From Candidatus Thorarchaeota archaeon (GTDB taxonomy: Archaea; Asgardarchaeota; Thorarchaeia; Thorarchaeales; Thorarchaeaceae), in contig JBHIAE010000031.1 of the NCBI GenBank assembly GCA_046758445.1, positions 1-32,013 on the forward strand: DNA of 32,013 bases, written 5' to 3'. A program made the translations under genes and the position numbers. How positions within the stretch are numbered: the first letter of the stretch is position 1; each line of letters begins with the position of its first letter. The notes below the pieces were generated by a model. That model was not told the DNA's origin. It saw only the letters and a program-made list of their open reading frames with translations, and searched no databases. This document shows, piece after piece, positions 1-9,820 of this stretch.

Positions 1-219
1 AATCTGGAAACTAAGATGGGAAGAGTCCTTTCAAAACTCCTGGCTCTATTTAGGCTCGTTACGCGGATATCAAGGAGATTAGTCCAATGATCTGTCGATA
101 CCCCAGTATCCTTTGTTGATGAAACCCAGAATTCTTGGATTGGTCAAAGTCAGTGTATGTTTGCATTTGATTGTTTAGGTGCTATATCATGTTTGAAGTT
201 CGTGATTTTGATTTTGGGA

Positions 220-1062
220 TTAGATCACGCTGGATACAGTGTCAATCATCTGGGTTATTTGCTCAAGATTGCCCGTTGTTTCGGTTTCCAGAATGATGTA
301 CTTCAATCGCTCTAAATCTGACAGCGCTCCAAGATACCAAGAATCACGACTTAGGGGTGAGTGTTCGTCATATGAACCATCATTATCATGGGCATGGATT
401 GCAAAGATTTTATCGGAGAATTTCTGGATGAAATCATCCTTCGAAAAGCCTCGTGTCACAGCTGAAACGTTCAAATGACCGAGATCAAGGTGGAGATGGA
501 GGTAGTTGTTGTCCAGTTGGTTGAAGAAATAAGCAAAATCAGCGATGTCATCTAAGAAGAGTAACTGTTGTGTGTTCCGTTTTGATACGTGGTTTTCAAC
601 ACCAATGTGAACGCCCGTACTCTTGGCGAAATCTGCAAGATCACGTACCTCTTCGATGAACACATCGAGTCCTTCTTTTCGGGGCATTATATCTGTATAA
701 TCGGTCCTTCCAAACTCGTATTCGACGCAGAATCCTGCATGAAAAGAGTAGTAGTCAATGCCTAGCTTCTTACACAGCAGAATTCTATCTCTGATGAATT
801 CAGCTGATCTCTTCCGATTCTCAGGGTTTCGGCTCGAGAGGTTGAGTAGGAGATCTTCTTGTGAGGGTGGAGCGTAATTATGGAATAGCATCCTTGCTTC
901 AGACCTCCATTCCATCAGTTTGTCTTGTATTCCTGGTTCATAGGGATGAATGGACGAAATCTCGATATTCCTCAGGCCAGCATCAAGCATTGCTGGAACA
1001 ATTTCCGACAGTCTTCTTTGCTTCTGTGTTACGAAGTTGATAGATGACACAAAGATTTCCAT
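220..1062 (-). CDS. Sugar phosphate isomerase/epimerase (xylose-isomerase-like TIM barrel, AP_endonuc_2 family)
   Basis: Motifs SFHAG, GVENH, LHLDLGH, IHAHDNDG.DEH and ILET typical of the family; last visible gene of the glycan operon. Confidence 0.75.
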   Translation of the reverse strand: MEIFVSSINFVTQKQRRLSEIVPAMLDAGLRNIEISSIHPYEPGIQDKLMEWRSEARMLFHNYAPPSQEDLLLNLSSRNPENRKRSAEFIRDRILLCKKLGIDYYSFHAGFCVEYEFGRTDYTDIMPRKEGLDVFIEEVRDLADFAKSTGVHIGVENHVSKRNTQQLLFLDDIADFAYFFNQLDNNYLHLHLDLGHLNVSAVTRGFSKDDFIQKFSDKIFAIHAHDNDGSYDEHSPLSRDSWYLGALSDLERLKYIILETETTGNLEQITQMIDTVSSVI

Positions 1063-1070
1063 AGAGCCAC

Positions 1071-2129
1071 CTATTCTCTCAGTTTGATTTCTGTCTCCGC
1101 CCCTTTGAGGTCTGCCTTGACCATAATCTCTACCAGTTCATCAAACTTTGTTGTTGGCTCCCAACCAAGTTCTTCTCTTGCCTTTGAATAGTCGCCAATG
1201 AGTTTGTGCACTTCGGTTGGTCGGAAGTACCAAGGGTCAATCCTAACTAGAACATCATTCGACTCCGCATCATAGCCAACCTCATCAACGCCAGAACCTT
1301 TCCATGAAATCTCAGTCCCAATTGCAGCAAACGCAGCTTCCACGAATTCTCTCACCGAATGAGCTTCACCAGTCGCAATAACATAATCGTCAGGCGCGTC
1401 CCTTTGTAGAATCCTCCACATAGCATCAACGTATTCCGGCGCATACCCCCAATCGCGTACTGAATCCAGATTGCCCAGATATAGGGTGTCTTGGAGTCCA
1501 TGATGGATTCTGGCAACTGCACGGGTGATCTTTCTGGTGACAAAACCAGTGCCTCTCCGTGGAGATTCATGGTTGAAGAGTATTCCGTTGCTAGCAAACA
1601 TATCGTAGGCTTCACGGTAGTTGACCGTAATCCAATACGCATAGAGCTTAGCCGTCGCATATGGGCTACTAGGTCTAAACGGTGTGTTCTCATTTTGTGG
1701 AAATGCTGTTGAGTTGCCATAAAGTTCACTGCTTGAGGCTTGATAGAACTTGACTCTATCTGCCATGTCTATTGCTCGGATTGACTCTAGTATTCTTAAT
1801 GCTCCTAGGGCGTCAGCATCAGCTGTGTATTCAGGAGATTCAAACGAGATACGGACATGACTCTGCGCGGCCAGGTGGTAGACTTCATCGGGTTCTATTT
1901 CCTTAAGAAGACGTACCATATTCGATGTGTCTATTACATCACCGTACTTCAATAGAAGTCCAGGGCCCGTTTCATGAGGATCCAAGTAGATGTGCTCTAT
2001 ACGCTCAATATTGAGTGTACTGCTCCTCCTCCTCATTCCATAGACTTCATACTTCTTCTCTAACAGAAACTCTGCAAGATAAGAACCATCTTGACCTGTT
2101 ATTCCAGTTATTAGAGCTGTTTTCCCCAT
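1071..2129 (-). CDS. gmd: GDP-mannose 4,6-dehydratase
   Basis: [59 protein letters not shown] and FRPTEV are Gmd hallmarks. Start moved to MGKTAL, downstream of a GGTGA RBS. Confidence 0.96.
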   Translation of the reverse strand: MGKTALITGITGQDGSYLAEFLLEKKYEVYGMRRRSSTLNIERIEHIYLDPHETGPGLLLKYGDVIDTSNMVRLLKEIEPDEVYHLAAQSHVRISFESPEYTADADALGALRILESIRAIDMADRVKFYQASSSELYGNSTAFPQNENTPFRPSSPYATAKLYAYWITVNYREAYDMFASNGILFNHESPRRGTGFVTRKITRAVARIHHGLQDTLYLGNLDSVRDWGYAPEYVDAMWRILQRDAPDDYVIATGEAHSVREFVEAAFAAIGTEISWKGSGVDEVGYDAESNDVLVRIDPWYFRPTEVHKLIGDYSKAREELGWEPTTKFDELVEIMVKADLKGAETEIKLRE

Positions 2130-2133
2130 TTCA

Positions 2134-3249
2134 TCACCTTCTGATATCATTCATGAGTTTGTTAACGTTCTCAGAAACATATCTAATGTCATCGTCTGAC
2201 AGCTTGGTCGAGCTTGGGAGATTGATACCGGCCTGCGACACTCTTTCAGCTATTGTGAATTTCTTATCTCTTGAGTATTCATGGAAGAAAGGTAAAGCAT
2301 GCATGGGATAGAAGAACGAGCGGGTATCAATCCCCTTATCAGCTAGACTCCTCATCACGTTATCACGTGTTTCGACAGATATCCCGTCTATCACGATTGA
2401 AGACATCCAATATGAATTGAAAGCGTAATCAGCTTCAGGCGAATGGATTATTCCATCAGCATCGATATACTCCCGGTATTTTCCAGCGATTTCTCGCTTC
2501 TTCTTTACGAATTTGTCGAGATTCTCAAGCTGTCCTAATCCTATTGCTGCCTGAACATTCGTTAGCCGGTAGTTGTATCCAAGGATTTCATGCCAGAAAG
2601 GATGTCCTGGGCTTTTTCCTTGGTTCTTGATGATGCGCATACGAGAGGCCAAATCATCGTCATCCGTTGTGACCATTCCCCCCTCTCCGGTGGTGATTGT
2701 TTTGTTTCCGTAGAAACTGAATGCTGCGGCATCAGCAAGGGTACCGACATTTCTACCCTTGTATTTTGAACCGACAGCTTCAGCAGCATCTTCAATTAAG
2801 TAGAGTCCATGTTTGTTGCAGATCTCTCTTAGTGGATCCATGTCGACTGGATGGCCGTAGAGATGAACGGCCATAACCCCACATGTCTTCTCTGTGATTC
2901 CCTTTTCGACGAGACTTACATCCATATTCCAAGTTTCTTCTTCAGAATCCACAAAGACAGGAACACCACCATCAAAGAGAACTGAGTTGGCTGATGACAC
3001 AAAGGTCAATGTGGGAAGAATAATCTCATCGCCTGGCTTCACACCCAGACCGAGTAATACCAAGTGGAGCGCAGCAGTTCCATTCATCACACTAACTGCA
3101 TGTTTTACTCCAATCTTCCTTGCGAATTCTTGCTCGAATCTTCCCACGTATTCCCCATGAGATGATATCCATCCACTATCTAGACAATCATCAACGTACT
3201 TTTTCTCATTACCACAGAGATCAGGTTCTGAAACGGGGATACTTCGCAT
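2134..3249 (-). CDS. DegT/DnrJ/EryC1/StrS aminotransferase, GDP-perosamine synthase-like
   Basis: [42 protein letters not shown] (PLP lysine), GYNYRLTN; adjacent to gmd. Confidence 0.9.
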   Translation of the reverse strand: MRSIPVSEPDLCGNEKKYVDDCLDSGWISSHGEYVGRFEQEFARKIGVKHAVSVMNGTAALHLVLLGLGVKPGDEIILPTLTFVSSANSVLFDGGVPVFVDSEEETWNMDVSLVEKGITEKTCGVMAVHLYGHPVDMDPLREICNKHGLYLIEDAAEAVGSKYKGRNVGTLADAAAFSFYGNKTITTGEGGMVTTDDDDLASRMRIIKNQGKSPGHPFWHEILGYNYRLTNVQAAIGLGQLENLDKFVKKKREIAGKYREYIDADGIIHSPEADYAFNSYWMSSIVIDGISVETRDNVMRSLADKGIDTRSFFYPMHALPFFHEYSRDKKFTIAERVSQAGINLPSSTKLSDDDIRYVSENVNKLMNDIRR

Positions 3250-3265
3250 TTATCCGAACCTCCTA

Positions 3266-3895
3266 TCAGCCTGCTAGTTTTGATGCTGGCACGCCTGCAA
3301 CAGTCGTGTTTTCATCAACATTCCTCGTCACCACGCTTCCGGCACCAACGGTTGCATTAGAGCCAATTCTCATGCCTGGCAGAACTGTGGCATTGGCCCC
3401 GATATGGGACAAATCGCCAACTTCTACGGATCCATTTAGAACAGCACCTGGAGAGATATGGCAGTGATTGCCAATCATGCAATCATGCTCTACAATCGCT
3501 CCGGTGTTGATTATGCAATTCTCCCCAATCGTAGCATCAGGGTTTATTGTTGATGAGGGCATGATGACACTCCCAAAGCCAATTGCTGAGTATTTGGAAA
3601 TGTTGCTTGCCTTTGAGATTATTGAAGGAAAATCCAACCCTGCGTCCTTTCCGAAGCCATATAGTTTCTTTCGCTGGTGCAGATTCCCGCCAATAGTTAC
3701 ACAACCATATTCTGCGGATATCTTGTCAGTTCCCATTTCAGCATCAGTCCCTATTACTCTGTAAGTGAGGACCTGGCCTCCAACCTTGTGTGGCAAATCA
3801 ATGATTCCTATGATTCTATACTCTTCTAGTTCCTCAATGATGCCAATTATCACTTTGGAGTTCTTCCCACCACCAATCAAGACAATTTCCTTCAT
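3266..3895 (-). CDS. NeuD/PglD/PerB-family sugar acetyltransferase (hexapeptide repeat)
   Basis: N-terminal IGGG Rossmann-like domain, IINTGAIVEHDC, HISPGA, VGAGSVV, AGVPA. Confidence 0.9.
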   Translation of the reverse strand: MKEIVLIGGGKNSKVIIGIIEELEEYRIIGIIDLPHKVGGQVLTYRVIGTDAEMGTDKISAEYGCVTIGGNLHQRKKLYGFGKDAGLDFPSIISKASNISKYSAIGFGSVIMPSSTINPDATIGENCIINTGAIVEHDCMIGNHCHISPGAVLNGSVEVGDLSHIGANATVLPGMRIGSNATVGAGSVVTRNVDENTTVAGVPASKLAG

Positions 3896-5649
3896 TCAAT
3901 ATCCTCCATGAGAATCGGGTCGCCGCTTTCTTTGGAAGCTATTAGTTTCTTCCCAATCATATCATCAACGAGCCAGGAACTAGCTCCGTTTTGAGGTCGG
4001 CATACGATGAGATCCTTCGAACTCAATACAGTGTCAGAAGTAAGGTCTCTTGCGGCATGAATGCTCTTCCTCATGAACCAGACATTCCTTTCTTCTTCAG
4101 GGGTTCGTGCAATATACCCAGAGCTTTTCGCCTGCTCGATTTTTCTTATTTCAGTCACTAACGTTTTGAGCTCATCTGGTTCAAGCGAGGCAAAGTGATC
4201 AGGACCAACCATGTTCCGATCAAGAGTTAGGTGTCTTTCAATACATCTAGCTCCAAGACTTGCCGCCATCAGAGAAGCTGTCAAATCACTTGTGTGGTCA
4301 GAAAAACCCACGGGAACATCGAATGCCTCCATCAATGCAAGCATATTTCCCATTTTGACATCCGGGAAACTGGTTGGATAGCTAGTCGTACAATGCAATA
4401 CTAGAACATCATCATTTCCAGAATCCTTGATGAGATTAACTGCGCGAGCTACTTCTTCCATCGTAGCCATCCCTGTCGAGAGAATTACCTGTTTTCCAGA
4501 ACTTGCAGCGGCTGCAAGCAATTGCTTGTCAACAATATCGGCAGAGGCAATTTTGATTCTTGAAACACCAAGTTCCGTAAGAAAAACAAGACTCTCTGGG
4601 TCATAAGGAGTTGATAAGAACTCGATACCTACATTATCACAATACTTCTTCAATTCACGAAAGTCATCGCTACTCAACTCATATTTCTTTAGCATCTCTT
4701 GCTGTGTTTCATCGCCGGTTCGAAGCTGATATTCTGTCTTACCGGCATCTGGAATTACCAGTTTTTCTGATTTGTATGTCTGAAATTTGACTGCATCTGC
4801 TCCGGCATTTTTGGCAGCATCTACAATCTTCTTTGCAATTGCTATCTCTCCATTATGATTTACGCCAGCTTCAGCAATAATATAGATTGGGTCCTTATTT
4901 TCTACAAACTCCATTATTCGAGAAAGAGAGGTCCGGCGTATCAGGCTTTCAGCGATGCGAAAATCTAACTCAGTATCGATGTCAACAGATCTCTCTGAAG
5001 GCATAATATATGGAATAACCTGCTGACCAAGCAATCTATTCTCCATCAAAAGGAGCTCACTGCGGGTTACGTATATCGCACCATTCAACTGATATGCGGG
5101 TGGTAGGTCCTGACGGAGATTATAATCCCTATCTGTTTCGATAAATGGAACAACATAGTTGTCATCAATCTTACGTGTCCAGTACGGATGAGATTTCGTT
5201 TCACATAATCCAACAACAGAATCTGCAGACTCATCAGAAACTAGAAGTCTGATTGCATCATCAATATCACTACTGGTCCTAAGCGGAGAAGTTGGTTGAA
5301 GTGTAACGATAATCTCAGGAGTATAACCAGATTCCTTTTCAAACCATTCTATAGCATGTCTAATAACGGGGGCTGTAGGTGTATCATCCTGAGCTAGATT
5401 CTCCGGTCGCAAAAAAGGAACTTCAGCTCCGCACTCTCCAGCCACTTTCGCAATTTCCGTGCTATCAGTGCTTAAAAAGACACGATCGACTAATTGAGAA
5501 GCAAGTGCGGCTTTGATTGTCCAGCAGATTAAGGGCAAACCTGCCAACATTTTTAGATTCTTATTCTTAACGCCTTTGGAACCACTTCTCGCAGGAATGA
5601 CAGCCATCACACGAGTTTTTTCATCAAACTCAACTTCCTTTTGTGACAT
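3892..5649 (-). CDS. Fused CMP-nonulosonate synthetase (NeuA-like, N-terminal) and nonulosonate synthase (NeuB-like with SAF domain, C-terminal)
   Basis: N-half: IPARSGSKG..KN, LQPTSPLR, NGAIY, DIDTELDF. C-half: IIAEAGVNHNG, ADAVKFQ, ILSTGMA, LHCTTSYP, GFSDHT, IERHLTLDR..GPDH, then SAF-like RKSIHA...RP. Confidence 0.93.
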   Translation of the reverse strand: MSQKEVEFDEKTRVMAVIPARSGSKGVKNKNLKMLAGLPLICWTIKAALASQLVDRVFLSTDSTEIAKVAGECGAEVPFLRPENLAQDDTPTAPVIRHAIEWFEKESGYTPEIIVTLQPTSPLRTSSDIDDAIRLLVSDESADSVVGLCETKSHPYWTRKIDDNYVVPFIETDRDYNLRQDLPPAYQLNGAIYVTRSELLLMENRLLGQQVIPYIMPSERSVDIDTELDFRIAESLIRRTSLSRIMEFVENKDPIYIIAEAGVNHNGEIAIAKKIVDAAKNAGADAVKFQTYKSEKLVIPDAGKTEYQLRTGDETQQEMLKKYELSSDDFRELKKYCDNVGIEFLSTPYDPESLVFLTELGVSRIKIASADIVDKQLLAAAASSGKQVILSTGMATMEEVARAVNLIKDSGNDDVLVLHCTTSYPTSFPDVKMGNMLALMEAFDVPVGFSDHTSDLTASLMAASLGARCIERHLTLDRNMVGPDHFASLEPDELKTLVTEIRKIEQAKSSGYIARTPEEERNVWFMRKSIHAARDLTSDTVLSSKDLIVCRPQNGASSWLVDDMIGKKLIASKESGDPILMEDIE

Positions 5650-5704
5650 GTCTTTAGATTACTCCGTTGCTCAATTGATTCCATATCACTGGAAATATCA
5701 GATT

Positions 5705-5718
5705 ACTATAAAGCCTTC
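5705..5718 (-). promoter_or_regulatory. Probable BRE/TATA promoter of the glycan operon
   Basis: Minus strand reads GAAGGCTTTATAGT about 58 nt upstream of the 5649 ATG, the same pattern as other promoters in the window. Confidence 0.45.
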
Positions 5719-5849
5719 TCTCCAAGTTTGTGTAAACCTCTTTGAAAATGATCCGAGTAATTGGAGGGATGGATCCACAAGGAATACAGAAGGCTGCTGA
5801 GTTCTATCCTAAAACAGTAAACGCGCCCATTCGAACCACAGATGCCAAA

Positions 5850-5975
5850 CACATTGCTACGATAGTCGGTGCGGATTCAAAGGATGTAACATTGGCGGCA
5901 TGGTTACATGATGTTGCGAAGCCTAAGATCACTCGTAGACTTCAGAAACTCGGTATTTTGAATTGGATTGTTGTA
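5850..5975 (+). pseudogene. Internally deleted relic of the HD-domain gene at 8293-8949
   Basis: HIATIVGADSKDVTLAAWLHDVAKP versus HIARSVGADTEVITLAGWLHDMAKP (17/25 identical by hand), followed a few codons later by LQKLGIL, which matches LVKLGVI about 60 aa further on in the intact gene. Confidence 0.75.
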
Positions 5976-6063
5976 TCACTGCCAATCATCAGTGACTGAA
6001 ACTTTGAAGACCATCCCAGAAGCTTTTCTCTGGCCTTCATCTAGTCAGGGGGTTCAATGCACC

Positions 6064-7227
6064 TCAGTTCTCTACGTCACGGTCCAGATCAAGAGCAATC
6101 TGTGGTGGCAGAGACCGGAAGAAACCATAGCCGTAGAAACGAATACCGTGCCGACGTAAGAAGTCACGAATGTCGTGTACCACGGGGGTGAGCTCACCGG
6201 CAATTTCAAGAGTCCGTAAGTTCATGATGACCGATTCTCTAGGCCTGCGATCCTGATTAAAGGTTAGAATGACATTCTCAGACCCCGCGAATGCTCGTGT
6301 GGGAAAGTCCGGTCCTCGAAAGTAGGAGATATTGGTTTGAACATTATCCTTAGTGACTTCTAGAAGGATTCCTCCTTGTATTTCTTCGAAATCCTTTAAA
6401 TCAAAGCCCTTGTAAACAAGATGCTCCTTGTATTCATGGAGGATTTGTTTGACGATTGCGTCCTGCTCTTCATCAGACGGACGGGATGGATAGTCAGTCT
6501 TGACCGCTTGTGCTGGAGCTCCCACGGCAATGCAATTCGGTGGCAATGACCGTGCTACGATAGCACCGGCTCCTACTGTCGTTCCTTCACCGATTTCAAC
6601 TCCTGGCAATACTATGACACGCATGCCGAGGATAACCCAATCGTGAATGGTAATGGGAGCAAAAGTGGCTGAATAGCCCTCAAGAACGGATTGCCAATAG
6701 CCATGGGTAATCAGGATTGTGTCCATGCTGAATCCCACATCGCTGCCAATTGTGACCGGCTTGGCAACATTGATGAAGTTGTTATGCAGTGTACATCTGT
6801 CACCGACAGTAAGTAGGGCCTCAGGCTCGTTACTACCGCCGCCTCCAACTCGTAGTCCATCTGTAATGAAGACCTCATCACCAAATATGACTTCTCTGCC
6901 ACGGATATGGGCCTGCGTACCGATATGCGATGTGACTCCCATTGCAAACAATGCATGAGGTTGAATGTCATTGCTATCGCCGATTATGGAGTTCTCCCCA
7001 ATGCTGATTCTGTTGCATCGGAGCTTACAGTTCGCTCCAATTCGGACATCCGTCCCAACTTCGAGGTCTCTGGCAAAGATTCGTGTGTTCGGACCAATAT
7101 GTACGGCATCGCCTATAACAATTCGTTTTGCAGAGATCTCTGCACTAGCATCAATGGTGACGTCCTTGCCAATCTTTGCACCTTTCCGGAGTAGCTGAGA
7201 AACCTTGTCAACCGGTTCTTGGCTCAT
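6064..7227 (-). CDS. Long left-handed beta-helix (hexapeptide) acyltransferase with an extra C-terminal domain
   Basis: Many [LIV]G..[VCT].I hexapeptide repeats, ITHG catalytic-type motif, VGAGAIV...VGAPA. Start set at MSQEP after a GGTGA RBS. Confidence 0.8.
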   Translation of the reverse strand: MSQEPVDKVSQLLRKGAKIGKDVTIDASAEISAKRIVIGDAVHIGPNTRIFARDLEVGTDVRIGANCKLRCNRISIGENSIIGDSNDIQPHALFAMGVTSHIGTQAHIRGREVIFGDEVFITDGLRVGGGGSNEPEALLTVGDRCTLHNNFINVAKPVTIGSDVGFSMDTILITHGYWQSVLEGYSATFAPITIHDWVILGMRVIVLPGVEIGEGTTVGAGAIVARSLPPNCIAVGAPAQAVKTDYPSRPSDEEQDAIVKQILHEYKEHLVYKGFDLKDFEEIQGGILLEVTKDNVQTNISYFRGPDFPTRAFAGSENVILTFNQDRRPRESVIMNLRTLEIAGELTPVVHDIRDFLRRHGIRFYGYGFFRSLPPQIALDLDRDVEN

Positions 7228-7246
7228 AGTGTCCATCACCTGATCC

Positions 7247-7993
7247 TTACATGTAGAATCCGCCATTGACATGGATGACTTGTCCCGTGATATAGGCTGC
7301 GCCTTCCGAGGCAAGAAACCCAATGGTGGCTGTCACTTCTTCTGGATGGCCGAATCGGCCCAGAGGAATCTGCAGGAGGAGTTCAGATTGCATCTTTTCT
7401 GGCAAACGCTTCAGCATGCCGATATCAATGTAACCTGGCGCGACGGCGTTGGCGGTAATTCTGTATCTAGCAACCTCCCTAGCTAAGGACTTCGTGAACC
7501 CGATGATTGCGGTCTTCGCTGCAGCGTAGTTTGCCGCTCCGTAGGCACCGGTATAACCTGCAACAGAGCTTATGTTGATTATCCGTCCCCAATTTCGATC
7601 ACGCATTGCCTGAATCGCCTCTCGAGCGCAGTAGAAGGAGCCCGTGAGGTCAACTGCCAACACCCTATTCCAGGTTTCGTCATCCATCTTCCTGATTGTG
7701 GCGTCCATGTTGATTGCCGCATTGTTTACAAGTACATCCACTGGACCTAGTTCTGAGTCAACTATCTGGAACATTTCCCGGACTGCTGTGGGATTCGATA
7801 TGTCTGCCTGCACTGGAAGCGCTCTTCTTCCAAGTCTTGAGATCTGAGCGCAGACTTCTTCGGCCCCCCTCGCAGATGTGTTGTAGTTGACCGCTAGATT
7901 AGCTCCCAAAGTAGCTAGGTAGAGGGCAGTTGCTCGCCCTAGGGATCTACCTGCACCCGTCACCAATACTGTCTTGTCTTTGAGTTCCTGCAT
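7247..7993 (-). CDS. SDR oxidoreductase, FabG / PhaB (acetoacetyl-CoA reductase)-like
   Basis: VTGAGRSLG, VNNAA, IINISS, NYAAAK (YxxxK), APGYI, IPLGRFG.PEE, VNGG. Start MQELK after a GAGGTGG RBS. Confidence 0.9.
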   Translation of the reverse strand: MQELKDKTVLVTGAGRSLGRATALYLATLGANLAVNYNTSARGAEEVCAQISRLGRRALPVQADISNPTAVREMFQIVDSELGPVDVLVNNAAINMDATIRKMDDETWNRVLAVDLTGSFYCAREAIQAMRDRNWGRIINISSVAGYTGAYGAANYAAAKTAIIGFTKSLAREVARYRITANAVAPGYIDIGMLKRLPEKMQSELLLQIPLGRFGHPEEVTATIGFLASEGAAYITGQVIHVNGGFYM

Positions 7994-8292
7994 GCATGAC
8001 CACCTCATCCGAACGTTGACTTGTGTGGCCGGTCGGGTTGGTCAGAGTGTGCACGTCACAAAAAGCTTATGGACTCCAAGTCCTTCTGACGCTGATTCGG
8101 AGATTGCATCGGCCAGATTATTCTTGGTCTTGGTGCCAAGGGCTGATCCTGACAACACGTTACCATACAGGGAAAAGTCCGGCCACATTACTGTCTGACC
8201 AGCAACACGATGCAGCCACATAAACGATAATGGCATCCTTCTCGGTAAGACAATTCATAAGCAGCACTACTGGAAAGGAGGCTCGAGATTCC

Positions 8293-8949
8293 ATGAACGC
8301 ACATATTGAAGCGAAACTTTCAGCCATCATTAAGACCCAAACGGAGAAAGCTGCCCGAGACGAGTGGCGCGAGGTTCAGGAGGAAAGTGACTCGGCACTC
8401 TACGACTACAGATTCAACCATGTCAACGAAGTGGTGAATGTCGCCGGGCATATCGCTCGATCTGTTGGGGCGGACACAGAGGTCATCACATTGGCGGGGT
8501 GGCTTCATGACATGGCCAAACCAGGAATGGGGAACGTGAAGCGTCATGGGGAGGCTAGTGCTAAGATGGCAAGAAACCTTCTCGAAGAACATGGAGTGGA
8601 TAAGCAAGTAGTCGATCGCGTGTGTGACACCATACGAAAGCACGTGGGTCTTGTCCTTGATGAGCCCGTTGAACCTCTGGAAGCACAGGTACTGTGGGAC
8701 GCTGACAAGTTGGTGAAGCTTGGTGTGATAGGACTAATCCATTTCCTAGCCAATGGCCTCAAGCTGAACCCCGGATTCGAACTACGTGAAGTCGCAAAGG
8801 AGATTCGTGATTTCATTCAGCTTGCGGAGAGAATCGTGGAAAGCATGAACACTCAGATGGGCAAGGAGATGGCTCAGCAAAGATTGAACACTCTACAATT
8901 CATCAGTGACTCACTTGATCGAGAACTCCAACTTGACCGTATCCAATGA
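8293..8949 (+). CDS. HD-domain metal-dependent phosphohydrolase
   Basis: RFNH...WLHD.AK...HG...IRKH...DADKL; start at MNAHIE after GGAGG. Confidence 0.88.
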   Translation: MNAHIEAKLSAIIKTQTEKAARDEWREVQEESDSALYDYRFNHVNEVVNVAGHIARSVGADTEVITLAGWLHDMAKPGMGNVKRHGEASAKMARNLLEEHGVDKQVVDRVCDTIRKHVGLVLDEPVEPLEAQVLWDADKLVKLGVIGLIHFLANGLKLNPGFELREVAKEIRDFIQLAERIVESMNTQMGKEMAQQRLNTLQFISDSLDRELQLDRIQ

Positions 8950-8961
8950 GGGCGGACAACT

Positions 8962-9765
8962 TTGAGAGCAGGGATCCTGACAATTGGCGACGAGCTGCTT
9001 GACGGTCTTGTTCTAGATACGAATTCCAATTGGATTGAGAATCGTCTGAAGGCTTTGTCCATTGAGATGCACAGACTTGTGGCAGTCCGTGACAATATGC
9101 ATGAGATTGCTGAGGGACTGGAGTTTCTACTTGGAGCCTGTGATGTCATCATAACCTCAGGAGGTCTTGGACCAACCCACGATGACATGACCCTCGGTGC
9201 AATAGCATCCGCTCTTGGGCTTTCTCTTGTTGAGAACAAAGATGCACTGGCCATGGTTGAACGACAATACAAGATGCTGGGTGAACAGGGGATTGTTGAA
9301 AGTTCAGAGATCACAGAACCCAGGAAGAAGATGGCCATGCTTCCCGAAGGGTCGATTCCACTGGACAATACTGTTGGGGGAGCTCCGGGAGTCATGATCG
9401 AGCTCGCAGTTACGACAATCTTCTGTCTTCCAGGGGTGCCTGCAGAGCTCAAGTACGTTTTCAGCTCCTCGGTAGAACCCTGGCTGGAGGAGAATGCAAC
9501 TAGCAAGTATATTGAACGCATTATCGAGTTTCTCTGGAAAGACGAGTCGAAGTTTGCTCCCCATATCGACACAGTGATGAGCAAACATGAGGGAGTCTAC
9601 ATCAAGTCGATGCCCAGGAGATACGGCACAACTGACATACTCAGAGTCTGGGTTTCGGCCAGAGGCTCTGACGAAACTCTTCTCAAAGAATTGATCTCCA
9701 AAACAATTCAAAGCCTTACGGATGAGGTTGGACAGGACCCATCCTTTCCTAGAGAATCTCCTTGA
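8962..9765 (+). CDS. CinA-like molybdopterin-binding-domain protein (CinA N-terminal part only)
   Basis: TIGDELLDG..LDTN, SGGLGPTHDDMT, N.VGGAPG, LPGVPAE. Confidence 0.9.
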   Translation: MRAGILTIGDELLDGLVLDTNSNWIENRLKALSIEMHRLVAVRDNMHEIAEGLEFLLGACDVIITSGGLGPTHDDMTLGAIASALGLSLVENKDALAMVERQYKMLGEQGIVESSEITEPRKKMAMLPEGSIPLDNTVGGAPGVMIELAVTTIFCLPGVPAELKYVFSSSVEPWLEENATSKYIERIIEFLWKDESKFAPHIDTVMSKHEGVYIKSMPRRYGTTDILRVWVSARGSDETLLKELISKTIQSLTDEVGQDPSFPRESP

Positions 9766-9820
9766 GTCCGATAAGTATAAGCATGAGTTTTCTGGGCCTG
9801 ATTTAGAGGAGACTCGTCCA

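Noticed and set aside
1-219. Possible next gene of the glycan operon running off the window edge
   Set aside because: No minus-strand frame has both a credible start and an open frame with a recognisable motif.
8168-8187. GGGAAAAGTCCGGCCAC resembles the RNase P RNA CR-I motif (GAGGAAAGUCC)
   Set aside because: There is no room for the rest of the RNA before the HD gene, and no downstream CR-V/P4 partner.
8874-9584. 236-aa antisense ORF and the many other overlapping ORFs in the track
   Set aside because: They are shadows of well-supported genes on the opposite strand or in another frame, with no recognisable motifs.
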